From an uncultured Verrucomicrobiales bacterium (GTDB lineage Bacteria; Pseudomonadota; Alphaproteobacteria; Paracaedibacterales; CAITNM01), in NCBI GenBank assembly GCA_964351815.1, contig CAYGPH010000001.1:30460-78942 (forward strand): a stretch of 48,483 nt of DNA, read 5' to 3'. A program made the position numbers and the translations under genes. Below, piece by piece: positions 17,741-28,482 of this stretch (positions within the stretch are counted from its first letter, which is position 1; every line of letters starts with the position of its first letter). A model generated the notes under the pieces. It saw only the letters and a list, made by a program, of their open reading frames with translations, did not search any database and had not been told where the DNA came from.

Positions 17741-18343
17741 ATGAGTAAGACACTTCGACTTGTTTTAATATTCATTATTGCTGTGTTTTGCTGGTTTAGT
17801 TTAGGGGTAAGGTATTATTTTCAGGAAAAAATTGTGGCAATTTCCAATAGTTTCTACGATGTAGCGAAAGATTATGGTGATGGTTTACAGCTTCGTAATT
17901 ACCATACTATGAACACAAGCAGTGTTAAATTAGAAGGTGATAGGCAAGAAACCTTAAAGCAAGGTTTTCAAATGAACAAGGATTATATCTTTGGCGAAAA
18001 CAAAAGTGGCTTAAATATTCCCATGACATCACCCGTGTTACAAAAAAAACTTGATGAAAAGTATTGGTGGGTAGCATTTGTGATGCCTTTAACCATAAAA
18101 ACAGATGATCTACCACAGCCAAAATCTGATAAGGTAATATTAGGTGTTATTGAGCCTTTTAAAGCTTTGTCATACCAGTTTTTAACAGCTCAGGAACCAA
18201 ATTTTGAAGCTGCAAGTGAAAAAATAAAGTTCATAGCTGATTCACACAAGCTTAAGCTTGCCGACACACCGTATTTAGCTTATTACAGCCCACCATGGGA
18301 AATCGTGAAAAAATATGAATTAATTTGGCAATTAGAAAACTAG
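17741..18343 (+). CDS. SOUL heme-binding family protein (membrane-anchored or secreted)
   Basis: Contains GFQMNKDYIFGENKSGLNIPMTSPVLQ, WWVAFVMPL, DDLPQPKSDKVILGVIEPFKALSYQF and YLAYYSPPW..., matching the SOUL/HBP pattern (YI.G.N..g..I.MT.PV ... M.F.mP ... P.P.d..V). Confidence 0.7.
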   Translation: MSKTLRLVLIFIIAVFCWFSLGVRYYFQEKIVAISNSFYDVAKDYGDGLQLRNYHTMNTSSVKLEGDRQETLKQGFQMNKDYIFGENKSGLNIPMTSPVLQKKLDEKYWWVAFVMPLTIKTDDLPQPKSDKVILGVIEPFKALSYQFLTAQEPNFEAASEKIKFIADSHKLKLADTPYLAYYSPPWEIVKKYELIWQLEN

Positions 18344-19053
18344 TTATACCCGTAACGTGGTGCAGCGTTTTGAGGGTAGGTCGCTGTATTCTGAGGATAA
18401 TTAGGATAAGGGGCATATCGTTGATTAGGCTGGGTATTATAGTTATTGTAAGTGCTTGAATTATATGTGCTAGGCTTTTGTGGTGCACGATTGGGATTTC
18501 CATTATTACTATAACGTGGATTATAATTATTTTTACTTCTGTTATCACCTTGGGTTCTTCTAGGGTTGTAATTGTTGTATTCTTCATCCTCATTGTTAGA
18601 ATCACTATACCTGGGCTGCCTGTTATAACGGTCATCTGACAGTCTGAATTCTTCTTCTTTTTGTAATTCCATTTGTTGGCGCTTGTGTTCTGCAATAAGT
18701 TCAGGATCTAAGGGTTTAGGTCTTTTTCCATTTAACATTGCCTCTATTCTATCTAAACGTTCATTGATTAAGCGTTCTATATCTTTGATTAAGCGTTCTA
18801 TATCTTTTAATATTTCCACTAAATTGGTGTTTGAATCGTTAGTTGAATCTTCTGATTTACTTGAATCGCCCTTTAATTTTTTTGTAGCTTGGCCTATTAA
18901 CCCCTTAAGGTCAGAAAAATCTATACCTTTACTTGCGCCATCTGCAACAGCTTGATCTTCTCCCGAAGGGAGCGCACCAAGGTCTTTTAAAAAGTTTGAT
19001 GCGTTAGCATTGCTTGCGCATAAAAAGATCAATGTTAAAAATATATTTTGCAT
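18340..19053 (-). CDS. Hypothetical secreted protein with coiled-coil middle and N/Y/P/Q-rich C-terminal tail
   Basis: Signal peptide MQNIFLTLIFLCASNANA. The tail reads NNYNPRYSNNGNPNRAPQKPSTYNSSTYNNYNTQPNQRYAPYPNYPQNTATYPQN. Its stop shares the palindrome CTAG (18340-18343) with the stop of the convergent SOUL gene. Confidence 0.6.
   Translation of the reverse strand: MQNIFLTLIFLCASNANASNFLKDLGALPSGEDQAVADGASKGIDFSDLKGLIGQATKKLKGDSSKSEDSTNDSNTNLVEILKDIERLIKDIERLINERLDRIEAMLNGKRPKPLDPELIAEHKRQQMELQKEEEFRLSDDRYNRQPRYSDSNNEDEEYNNYNPRRTQGDNRSKNNYNPRYSNNGNPNRAPQKPSTYNSSTYNNYNTQPNQRYAPYPNYPQNTATYPQNAAPRYGYN
18766..18807 (-). repeat. Perfect 21-bp in-frame tandem duplication (x2)
   Basis: gattaagcgttctatatcttt at 18766-18786 is repeated exactly at 18787-18807. 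It encodes KDIERLI-KDIERLI. Confidence 0.95.
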
Positions 19054-19154
19054 AACTGTTGGCCGTAATTACTTAAAATCCACAGTATCAATAAAATATA
19101 AATTTTTAGTTAAATTAAGTTAGTATTAGTTAGGTTTTTTTTTTAGTATGTTAA

Positions 19155-20120
19155 TTGCAAATTAGAAAATTAGGTTTTCCTGTGAAATATTTCTTAAGTA
19201 TCGTCTGTGCAATTGCGCTTAATGCTGCAAATGAAGAAAATGTTAATCATGAGGATGGTTTACCACTAACGGCCAGCTGGGTTGTGGTTGGTGATCCAAA
19301 TGCAACACTTATGAGCCCACCTGCTGATGAAAAATTTGTTCCTGAAGATTATTTTTTATCTTCAGAATCAGCCATTGATAAATCAACTTTAGCAATGGAA
19401 TATTATAAAAATAAATGGTGGGTGCTTTCGCCATTGTTAGAAGCAAAAAGTGTAAGCCTATCAATGATTTGGTCGCGGCCCTTAATTGCAAGCGTTAATA
19501 CTATACATTCCCATTGTGGTTGGAACCATAAGATGCATACACCTTTGGTTGATTTTTTTAGGGCTTTTCCAAGCCAAGAGCATTTAAACATAGGGCTGAA
19601 CACATTAAATCAACTGTTAAACCGGCTTGATGAAAAAAGTTCTTTAAAAGATAATCTTACAAAAAATATGCTAAGCATAGTTAAGACGATGGAGAATCAA
19701 TATAGTGATTCTGTGATTGGGCAGCCTATAAGTTGGTATAATCGCCTTAAAATTTGGTTGCACGGAGACAGGGAACAACTTTTACGCATTACTTGGCATC
19801 TTGAGAATACAAAAATAATGGTAGAAAAAGTTATTGCTAATCATCAGCTTGATAAAGTCTGTATTTTTTTTGATTTTCTTAGGTTGTATGATTTTTATAA
19901 TCTTTTACCGGCAGAAAAGAATTATTTTCAGGCTTTCTTAAAACTTAATCAAGCACAGCAGGTTCAGTTACTTAGCTTTATGAAGGATCAAGAAAGAGAA
20001 AGTTTTGCAAATGTTGAAGACTTTTTAAAAGAAGTTGAAAGTCATGGAACAGATGAAGAAATAGCGAATAAACTCAATAGTTTAACGCTAAAACATAGTG
20101 ATCTTGATGATCTTGATTAG
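19155..20120 (+). CDS. Hypothetical protein (probable signal peptide), ORFan
   Basis: Long clean ORF with TTG start; an alternative GTG lies at 19182 (VKYFLSIVCAIALNAANE). It has a His/Cys cluster IHSHCGWNHKMH and an acidic C-terminus. No family recognised. Confidence 0.5.
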   Translation: MQIRKLGFPVKYFLSIVCAIALNAANEENVNHEDGLPLTASWVVVGDPNATLMSPPADEKFVPEDYFLSSESAIDKSTLAMEYYKNKWWVLSPLLEAKSVSLSMIWSRPLIASVNTIHSHCGWNHKMHTPLVDFFRAFPSQEHLNIGLNTLNQLLNRLDEKSSLKDNLTKNMLSIVKTMENQYSDSVIGQPISWYNRLKIWLHGDREQLLRITWHLENTKIMVEKVIANHQLDKVCIFFDFLRLYDFYNLLPAEKNYFQAFLKLNQAQQVQLLSFMKDQERESFANVEDFLKEVESHGTDEEIANKLNSLTLKHSDLDDLD

Positions 20121-20129
20121 GAATAGGTT

Positions 20130-20357
20130 ATGAAAGCAGCAAAATATCAGTTGGAAGAAAACAAAAACTACGCATGGTGTTCTTGCGGCTTAAGTAAAAA
20201 AAATCCTTTTTGTGATGGTTCCCATAATAAAATTTCAGAAGGTGAAGAAAAAAAACAATCCTTAAAATTTAAGGTGGAAAAGACGGGCGAATACATGCTG
20301 TGTATGTGTAAAAAAACACAATCACCACCTTTTGCAAAAGATTGTGTATGTGCTTAA
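20130..20357 (+). CDS. CDGSH iron-sulfur domain protein
   Basis: One canonical motif, CSCGLSKKNPFCDGSH. A second, degenerate half (CMCKKTQSPPFAKDCVCA) lacks CDGSH. Confidence 0.8.
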   Translation: MKAAKYQLEENKNYAWCSCGLSKKNPFCDGSHNKISEGEEKKQSLKFKVEKTGEYMLCMCKKTQSPPFAKDCVCA

Positions 20358-20382
20358 TGGTTTTTTCTAAAAAATATATACC

Positions 20383-20733
20383 ATGCCAAAGGTGATTGAT
20401 GAAAATGACTTTAAACTTGGGGCAGCTTTAAGGATTAAGCGAAAAAGTGCAGGGCTATCTTTGCAAAATTTAGCACTTGAATTAGGTGTTTCTGCACAGC
20501 AGCTTAGTAAGTATGAAAAAGGCCAAAACCGTGTAACGGTTAATATGCTTAAAAAAATTGAAGAAACCCTAGAAAATTTTCGAAAAAAACATGAAGGAAT
20601 GTATAGCTTTAATGATTCTCTAGGTAATTATAGTTCTTTAAAGGATTCTGCAGCTGATTTAACTGTTGATCAACAATTAAGTATTGAATTGAAAAACCTT
20701 AATGACGATCAAAAAAAACTACTACTAAAACTT

Positions 20734-20754
<21 letters not shown>
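20383..20754 (+). CDS. XRE-family helix-turn-helix transcriptional regulator
   Basis: LGAALRIKRKSAGLSLQNLALELGVSAQQLSKYEKGQNRVTVNML is a typical Cro/C1 HTH. Confidence 0.8.
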
Positions 20755-22340
<1,586 letters not shown>

Positions 22341-22420
22341 TTATCTGTAGTCAAGGTCGATGATGGGATTTGTATGTTTTTCTTTTACAATATGAAAAAT
22401 TTAAACCAGAGGTTTTAAAA

Positions 22421-22603
22421 ATGGATCCGAAAAGAGAGCTTAAAAAACTATATTTAATGGCCTTTCAGGAAAATGACATAAGTTCATGCATCAAAATTGT
22501 CAAAATGCTATTTGATGTTGAAATAAAGACAAATCCTTCAGAGCCAAAAGAATTTTCCCAGCAAGATTTAAAAGTTTTTTTGAAAAAATTAAAGAAAAAA
22601 TAA
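22421..22603 (+). CDS. Small hypothetical basic protein (60 aa)
   Basis: ATG at 22421 is preceded by GAGG 8 nt upstream. The longer TTG-started ORF-track version seems less likely. No homology recognised. Confidence 0.35.
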   Translation: MDPKRELKKLYLMAFQENDISSCIKIVKMLFDVEIKTNPSEPKEFSQQDLKVFLKKLKKK

Positions 22604-22692
22604 CCTATTCGCATATTCATTCCATAAAGGTATGACTTTTATTCTAACTTTTTGTATTCTAGCTTCAGGAAAAAATAAAGAAAAAACTATCA

Positions 22693-23791
22693 ATGAAAGC
22701 AGAATATTCAGATTTTTTTATAAGTATTGATGAATCTTTAGCCATTTTACGGAGGTTCCTTTGACCATGGTAAGGTTGATCAGCGTTTAGCAGAATTACA
22801 ACTCGCTGCGAATGACCCAGATTTGTGGAATGATCCACAGGCTGCACAAAAAACTTTACAGGAAAAAGAAAAGCTACAGCAAAGTGTAAAGCAATATAAG
22901 GATTTTGCCAGCCAAACCGAAGATTTAAAAGATCTTATCGAATTATGTGAGACTGAAGAAGATCACATTGCTGAAGCAGAAGCTTTTCAAGAATTGCAAT
23001 CTTTAAAAGTTCAGGTGAAAGATGCAGAACTTGCTAGTTTATTAAATGGCGAAGCAGATGATTGTCATGCTTTTTTAGAAGTTAATGCCGGAGCTGGTGG
23101 AACTGAATCTCAGGATTGGGCTGAAATGCTGGTACGAATGTATGGGCGATGGGCAGAAAAGCGTGGTTTTAAAACAGAAGTTATTGATCGAAATCCAGGT
23201 GAAGAAGCTGGCATTAAATCGATGACTATCAAAATTTCTGGTTTTCAAGCCTATGGCTGGTTAAAAAGTGAATCTGGTGTGCATCGGTTGGTGCGTATTT
23301 CTCCCTTTGATTCTAATGCACGGCGCCATACAAGTTTTGCATCTATTTGGGTTTATCCAGAAATAGACGATCGTATTGAAATTGCCATTGAAGATAAAGA
23401 TATTCGCATAGATACCTACCGTGCTTCTGGTGCAGGTGGTCAGCACGTTAATAAAACCGAAAGTGCTATACGTATAACTCATTTACCTACAAAAATTGTT
23501 GTACAATGCCAGAACGATCGTTCCCAGCACAGGAACAAAGCCCAAGCCATGAGCATGTTAAAGGCGCGTTTGTATGAATATGAACTGCGCCAGCGTGAAG
23601 CAGCCGCATCCGTAAATGAACCTAAAGGTGATATAGGTTGGGGGCATCAAATTCGTTCGTATGTTATGCAGCCATACCAATTGGTTAAAGATACAAGAAC
23701 GAAGGTGGAAAAAGGAAATACACAAGCCGTGCTCGACGGTGATCTTGATGATTTTTTACGTGCTAGCCTTGCGGATAAAATTAATTGTTGA
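22693..23791 (+). CDS. prfB: Peptide chain release factor 2, requires programmed +1 frameshift at 22759-22764
   Basis: Frame 1 is ATG(22693)...CGG AGG TTC CTT TGA. Shifting +1 at CTT-T-GAC joins the 22823 ORF frame (22763 and 22823 are in phase). The SPF tripeptide (RISPFDS) and GGQ (SGAGGQHVNKTES) are present. Confidence 0.93.
22751..22765 (+). promoter_or_regulatory. prfB +1 frameshift signal (internal SD-like GGAGG + CUU UGA C)
   Basis: ggaggttcctttgac: an SD-like element sits 3 nt before the slippery CTT, followed by an in-frame TGA and then C, as in the E. coli prfB autoregulatory site. Confidence 0.9.
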
Positions 23792-23979
23792 AACAACAAT
23801 TAGCGTATTACATATTTGGAATAAACATATATGAATAAGGGAATATGCGTTATTTTATACTTTGTTTGTCAATAATATTTTTACAAACGCTTTTTTTACA
23901 TGGTGCAGAAGGTCAACAGTTCTTAGCAACTTCAAAAGCAAAGTTACTTTTTTGCGCCAATTTTTTGCAAAACCTGCTC

Positions 23980-24165
23980 TTACGCAATGGAAAGAACAAT
24001 AACTTTAAGTCTTTCATCTTGAGTTAAGATATTGGCCTCAGCTGAAAGTAAGTTATCAACAAAAGTAATAGCACTAACATCAGTTTCTAGGAATTTATGA
24101 CACAAATTACTCCCTACAAAACCCGCACCATCAATAATAAGAACATTCTTATTTGAAAAGTTTAT
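23980..24165 (-). pseudogene. Remnant of the N-terminus of an NAD-dependent sugar-nucleotide epimerase/dehydratase
   Basis: The minus strand reads KNVLIIDGAGFVGSNLCHKFLETDVSAITFVDNLLSAEANILTQDERLKVIVLSIA* (Rossmann GxxGxxG with the first G changed to D). There is no ATG, it stops after 56 codons, and the rest of the gene is missing before prfB. Confidence 0.6.
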
Positions 24166-24182
24166 GCTAATCCTTTATTTCT

Positions 24183-24356
24183 TTACAAATGGGTAAACGT
24201 TTCTTCAACACCATATTCCTTGTCATAGCCAATTGTTTGTTTTACTCTATCCACAAGTCCTACCTTAGTTTTCCAACCAAAATCATTATCTGTTTGGATG
24301 CAGAATTGAATAAGCATCATCCGACTCTCTGCTATTACTTTGATTCTCAGGAAAAT
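24183..24356 (-). pseudogene. Remnant of the C-terminus of an epimerase/dehydratase-type gene
   Basis: The minus strand reads ...IQTDNDFGWKTKVGLVDRVKQTIGYDKEYGVEETFTHL* (cf. the canonical C-terminal LGW.P...leeGl..t..wy). It is bounded upstream by TGA at 24357-24359, and no upstream body is left. Confidence 0.55.
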
Positions 24357-24739
24357 TCATTGAGCCAGGTTCTTAGCCTAGGAATAAGCACGCCTAATAC
24401 TTCATTTTAAAGGACAATTACTTTGTTCTAAAGTATAATTTCATGAAGTAGTTATGCATATTGATCCTGTTTTGAATAAGAAATCAGCAGTTTAATAGAT
24501 AACGCTCACAAAAAGTCCACTATATCTACGAATGAATATGAGCACCAACCTTGTGTAAAGGTCTTATATTATTGTATAAGTTTTGGATTTTTTTATTTAT
24601 GGTGAATGATAAACGACCCAAAGGATATAAGAAAAATCCCAGAAAACCAGAATTTTATTATTAAACTTTAGCAAGAAAGAAATAAAGTACTAAATAGTAT
24701 ATAAATTAAGGGTCTTTGCAATCACGCTTTTTATAAGGA

Positions 24740-24775
24740 TATAATATAACCCAGCCTAAGCCGGGTTATATTATA
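24740..24775. terminator. Strong hairpin downstream of the BI-1 gene
   Basis: tataatataaccc (24740-24752) pairs with gggttatattata (24763-24775), with two extra GC pairs inside the loop. It lies 40 nt past the stop of the 24815-25525 gene. Confidence 0.5.
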
Positions 24776-24814
24776 AAAGTCGGATTTAATTTTTTTTCTA
24801 GGGTCCTTTGTCCC

Positions 24815-25525
24815 TTAACGGCGATCGCCAAATAAATTTAGCAAGGCCAAGAACATATTTAAGAAACTTAGATATAGCTTTAAGGCACCAATGATTGATT
24901 TTTTCATAGTTGTTTCATGGGAATCTGCCTCATAGTAAAGTTCCTTGATCATCTGTGTATCATAGGCTGTTAGGCCTGTAAAAATAAGCACAGTAAAAAT
25001 AGAAATTGCAAAATCTAAAGCAGAACTTTGCATGAACATGTTAACCACACATGCAATGATAATACCGATAACACCCATGAATAAAAAACCACCAAAACGG
25101 CTTAAATCTGTATTTGTGGTGTATCCATATAAGCTTGTACCAAGGAACATGCCTGCTGTGATGAAAAACACTTTAAATATGCTTGTGCCCGTATAAATAA
25201 TAAATATACTGGCAATGCTTATACCCACAAGGGCGCTGTACACCATGAATGTGCCATAGGCGGTCGATGCGCTCATTTTATTAATGCGTGCACTTAGGTA
25301 AAATACCATTGCCAGTGGAGCAAAAATAAAAACATACATTAACGGTGAACCGAAAATAATGTTCATCAAAGTTACAGATTGTGATACAAAATAGGCAAAT
25401 CCACCGGTAATGGTTAAACCCATAGCCATAATGCTGTAAACCCTAAGCATGTGGGTGCGTAAACCCTTATCGATATCATAGGATCGGGCTGATGTCCGCT
25501 GAATAGGATCGTAATTGTCTGACAT
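24815..25525 (-). CDS. BAX inhibitor-1/YccA family membrane protein
   Basis: Seven hydrophobic segments. N-terminus LRTHMLRVYSIMAMGL and C-terminus GALKLYLSFLNMFLALLNLFG are typical of the family. Confidence 0.85.
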   Translation of the reverse strand: MSDNYDPIQRTSARSYDIDKGLRTHMLRVYSIMAMGLTITGGFAYFVSQSVTLMNIIFGSPLMYVFIFAPLAMVFYLSARINKMSASTAYGTFMVYSALVGISIASIFIIYTGTSIFKVFFITAGMFLGTSLYGYTTNTDLSRFGGFLFMGVIGIIIACVVNMFMQSSALDFAISIFTVLIFTGLTAYDTQMIKELYYEADSHETTMKKSIIGALKLYLSFLNMFLALLNLFGDRR

Positions 25526-25611
25526 AATATTCTCCTTGAAAAAAATATATTCCTATTATAGCAAAATATACCCGACTTTCACAAGAATTTATACAACAAA
25601 AGGCCATTAAT

Positions 25612-25654
25612 AAAAAAACATCTGCATAATTCTTTTTGGTAAATTACACAGATG
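25612..25654 (-). terminator. Intrinsic terminator after the 25718-26455 gene
   Basis: The minus-strand RNA forms a stem catctgtgtaatt/aattatgcagatg (13 bp, 2 mismatches) followed by U7 (plus-strand A-run 25612-25618). Confidence 0.55.
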
Positions 25655-25717
25655 CTTTGTTATATTTTTCTATAGAAAACAACAAATCTTTAAGATTTTT
25701 CTTAAATACTGAAATTA

Positions 25718-26455
25718 TTATCTTCTACCTGCCTGAAACTTTTTATAGTCTTCCACTTCTTCTTCAAGTTCATTAATTCTTTGCGCATTTTTGACTGGCA
25801 TTTGTTTAAGGCGTTCTAAATGGGTAGCCATAAAGCTGTAATCTTGTTTAGTTTGTTGGCGCTTCATATATATTTTTTCAAGTTCTTCTAGCGTAGTAGC
25901 TGATGCATGTAATTCTTCAAGGCGCCTAATTAAGTCATTTTTATCTATTCCTTGACCTGTTAAAGGCTTGTCATACAAGCAAAGACTTTCAAACTGTTCA
26001 TAGACATTTAAAACCTTCATAAGATTATCTATATTTCGTGCGATATTAAAAAGCTGCCTAAGCTTTTCTTGTACTACGTTTGAATTAATTACTGTTTCTG
26101 GCATGGGGTTTTTTTTCAGGAATTTATTCCATTCGTTAAAAACGGTAACGACACCATCAGGATCAAGCGTGTTTTCTAATAATCTTAAAAAAGCCTTTTC
26201 TACGGTTTTCAAATCTATAGCTGGATTTTTTTCATATGCATCGACAATCCTGTGTTTTGCTGCGGTCAAGTTTGCTCCTGAATATGATCGGTCAAAATTT
26301 ACAGGAAAAACTGCGAAAATGCCTGTGTTTTGTTTTGGTGAAGAGCGGGCGGCCATTGCCTTAAGCATTTCTGGAGTGTATGTTCCTTGCGCAGCGGCAA
26401 ACAAAGTTGTTGTTGATAGCAAAGAAGCTGCTATAAATACTGATAATCTTTTCAT
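25718..26455 (-). CDS. Hypothetical secreted protein, ORFan
   Basis: Signal peptide MKRLSVFIAASLLSTTTLFAAAQG, with a helical or coiled-coil-like remainder. No family recognised. Confidence 0.6.
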   Translation of the reverse strand: MKRLSVFIAASLLSTTTLFAAAQGTYTPEMLKAMAARSSPKQNTGIFAVFPVNFDRSYSGANLTAAKHRIVDAYEKNPAIDLKTVEKAFLRLLENTLDPDGVVTVFNEWNKFLKKNPMPETVINSNVVQEKLRQLFNIARNIDNLMKVLNVYEQFESLCLYDKPLTGQGIDKNDLIRRLEELHASATTLEELEKIYMKRQQTKQDYSFMATHLERLKQMPVKNAQRINELEEEVEDYKKFQAGRR

Positions 26456-26600
26456 TTTTTGTCCCTTTAAAATGGATTTTCTATTTTATAGAAATCTACA
26501 AACATAAATAAATATAAATTAATAAGTACTAAAAAAGTATTAACCTAAAATTTAAAATTAATTTTTTTAAAAATACTTAGTGTGAAAGAAAAAAGGCTTC

Positions 26601-27009
26601 TTACATTTTAACAGATGCCAAAACGATCCCTTGTTTTGCCAGGATATCAGCACGTTCATTACCTTCTATGCCGCTGTGGGCTTCTACCCATTGCCAGGTT
26701 ATTTCACGATCTTCATTTAAGAAATCCAATTCCTCCCAAAGATCCTTATTTTTCACGTCACTGTTTGCCGCTGTACGCCAGTTATTTTTTTTCCAGGTTT
26801 TTATCCAGCTTGTGATACCATCGCGCACATAGCGACTATCCGTATAAAGCGTAACATTTAAATGATAGGGAATGTTCTGCAAGCCTTTAATGCATGCTAG
26901 CAACTCCATACGGTTATTTGTGGTGTTAGATGCACCACCATACAATTCCATAGAATCGTTTTCAAAGCCCTAACCACCTGGATAGGGGAAACTATAAATG
27001 GTATTTCAT
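26601..27009 (-). pseudogene. rnhA: Ribonuclease HI, disrupted (frameshift after the start, deletion of the DGS catalytic segment, in-frame TAG)
   Basis: The 116-aa ORF carries TTNNRMEL, YTDSRYV, WKKNNWRTA and GNERADILA but lacks the N-terminal strand. Upstream in the same frame: *NTIYSFPYPGG*GFENDSMELYGG, where TAG (26970-26972) replaces the Trp of PGGWG. The ATG at 27009 is in another frame (MKYHL*). Confidence 0.8.
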
Positions 27010-27120
27010 TTAGCACCTAATCTTGTCTGATATGTTATGAACAAGTACAGTTTATATCATGTGTTTGCACCAATTTTATCGCTCTGCTAGGTTGATGCAT
27101 AAAATTACAAAATTAACTGT

Positions 27121-27690
27121 ATGGATACGTTCATAGAATTTATTAAAGAATGGGGATATTGGGCCGTTTTTCTTGGTGCCATAGTAGAGGGTGAATCCGT
27201 TATTCTTACGGCATCTGCCTTAGCAGCCCTTGACTATATGAATATATATAAGGTTGCAACCATTGCTTTTTTCACAACGCTTATTGTTGACCAGTTAACC
27301 TATTTTGTTGGCCGTTATTACGGTCCTGCGTTTTTCAAAAAATTCCCAAAAATGCGCCAGAAAGCTGATAAGGCTTTTCAGTTGCTTAGGCGCTATGATA
27401 CGTGGTTTATTCTTACCTTTCGCTTTGTATATGGCGTAAGAACCATTAGCCCCATTGTCATTGGTTCAGCAGGTATTCCCCCAAGCCGTTATATTCCCCT
27501 AAACTTTATAGCAGCAGTTATTTGGACAGTGGTTAGTTGCTATGCTGGTTATTCCATGGGTAATACCATTGAACATTTAATGGAAAATGTTGAACTGGTT
27601 AAAACCTATGTTATGTGGGGAACGATAATTCTTGCAGCCTTAGTTATTGCGTATTTTGTCTTTCGCAAAAGAAAAGTTGAAAAGATATAA
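27121..27690 (+). CDS. DedA family membrane protein
   Basis: Contains WGYWAVFLGAIVEGESVILTA and RFVYGVRTISPIVIGSAG, typical of the DedA/VTT domain. Confidence 0.85.
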   Translation: MDTFIEFIKEWGYWAVFLGAIVEGESVILTASALAALDYMNIYKVATIAFFTTLIVDQLTYFVGRYYGPAFFKKFPKMRQKADKAFQLLRRYDTWFILTFRFVYGVRTISPIVIGSAGIPPSRYIPLNFIAAVIWTVVSCYAGYSMGNTIEHLMENVELVKTYVMWGTIILAALVIAYFVFRKRKVEKI

Positions 27691-27751
27691 ACCCATAGTG
27701 AAAATGAAAAAAGTTTTCTATAATTAATCAACTGAAAGTAGGCGATCTCAT

Positions 27752-28051
27752 ATGTTTTTATTAAACCCTTTATTGCGCGTTTTACACGAAGCACTAAGTT
27801 TATACCAAATGGCTGTTGTTATTTATATCATTCTTCTGCTGTTACAGCAGTTCGGTATAATCAATAGTTATAATGTTGTTGTAAGTAGTGTAAGTAATTT
27901 TCTAAACGCTATAATTGATCCCGCATTAAAACAGATTCGAAGGGTGCTTCCCTCCATTGCTGGATGGGACCTTTCACCGATTGTTTTGGTGTTTGCCATT
28001 CACTTTGTCCAATATTTACTCTTGGAAATTTTAAAACAAACCCTATCTTAA
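27752..28051 (+). CDS. YggT family membrane protein
   Basis: About 99 aa with two TM helices. The motif PALKQIRRVLPSIAGWDLSPIV matches the YggT pattern (P.l.p.R...P..gg.D.SP.v). Confidence 0.75.
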   Translation: MFLLNPLLRVLHEALSLYQMAVVIYIILLLLQQFGIINSYNVVVSSVSNFLNAIIDPALKQIRRVLPSIAGWDLSPIVLVFAIHFVQYLLLEILKQTLS

Positions 28052-28086
28052 AATGATACGACAAAAAAAACGTGAGAAAACCCTAA

Positions 28087-28482
28087 ATGATTGATTTATA
28101 TTTACCGGAAAAAGCACCATCGCACCGGCAACAAAAAGTTGCTGAGGAAGTAAAGTATATTGTTGCTGAATTGATGCGAGATGATAATTTGCCCCTTACT
28201 AGGGTTGATGAGGTTCTTCTAAAACCTAATGCACCGATTACAATAACCCGGGTTGATATTTCACCTGATTTACGTCATGCAACCGTATACGCCATGCCTT
28301 TAGGTGGAATTGACCAAGATAAAATGGAAAAGTACCTTAAGGAAAATGCCTGGTATATAAAAACTTACGTGGCTAAAAATTTAAAAACGCGCATTAGCCC
28401 AAGGTTAACCTTTAAACTTGATTTACAATTTGCTGATCATGAGCGTATAAATAAACTTCTTGGGAAAAATATTCCTAATTAA
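28087..28482 (+). CDS. rbfA: Ribosome-binding factor A
   Basis: Contains RQQKVAEEVKYIVAELM, ITITRVDISPDLRHATVY and PRLTFKLD. Confidence 0.88.
   Translation: MIDLYLPEKAPSHRQQKVAEEVKYIVAELMRDDNLPLTRVDEVLLKPNAPITITRVDISPDLRHATVYAMPLGGIDQDKMEKYLKENAWYIKTYVAKNLKTRISPRLTFKLDLQFADHERINKLLGKNIPN

Noticed and set aside
18252-18695. 147-aa minus-strand ORF in another frame of the 18340-19053 gene
   Set aside because: It has no signal or start context, an Ile/Thr-rich shadow-frame composition, and it overlaps the SOUL gene end. The 237-aa frame has a proper signal peptide.
22665-22847. 60-aa minus-strand ORF across the prfB 5' end
   Set aside because: It is antisense to the prfB leader and frameshift site, which is fully explained by the programmed +1 frameshift.
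23845-24410. Plus-strand ORFs 23845-24027 and 24189-24410
   Set aside because: Both are antisense to minus-strand epimerase/dehydratase remnants that give recognisable motifs. Neither has an RBS or a recognisable product.
26601-26951. Calling the 116-aa ORF an intact short RNase H
   Set aside because: It starts at an internal Met after the missing first beta-strand and first catalytic Asp. The upstream in-frame sequence still reads as RNase HI but with a TAG and a deletion, so it is annotated as a pseudogene.
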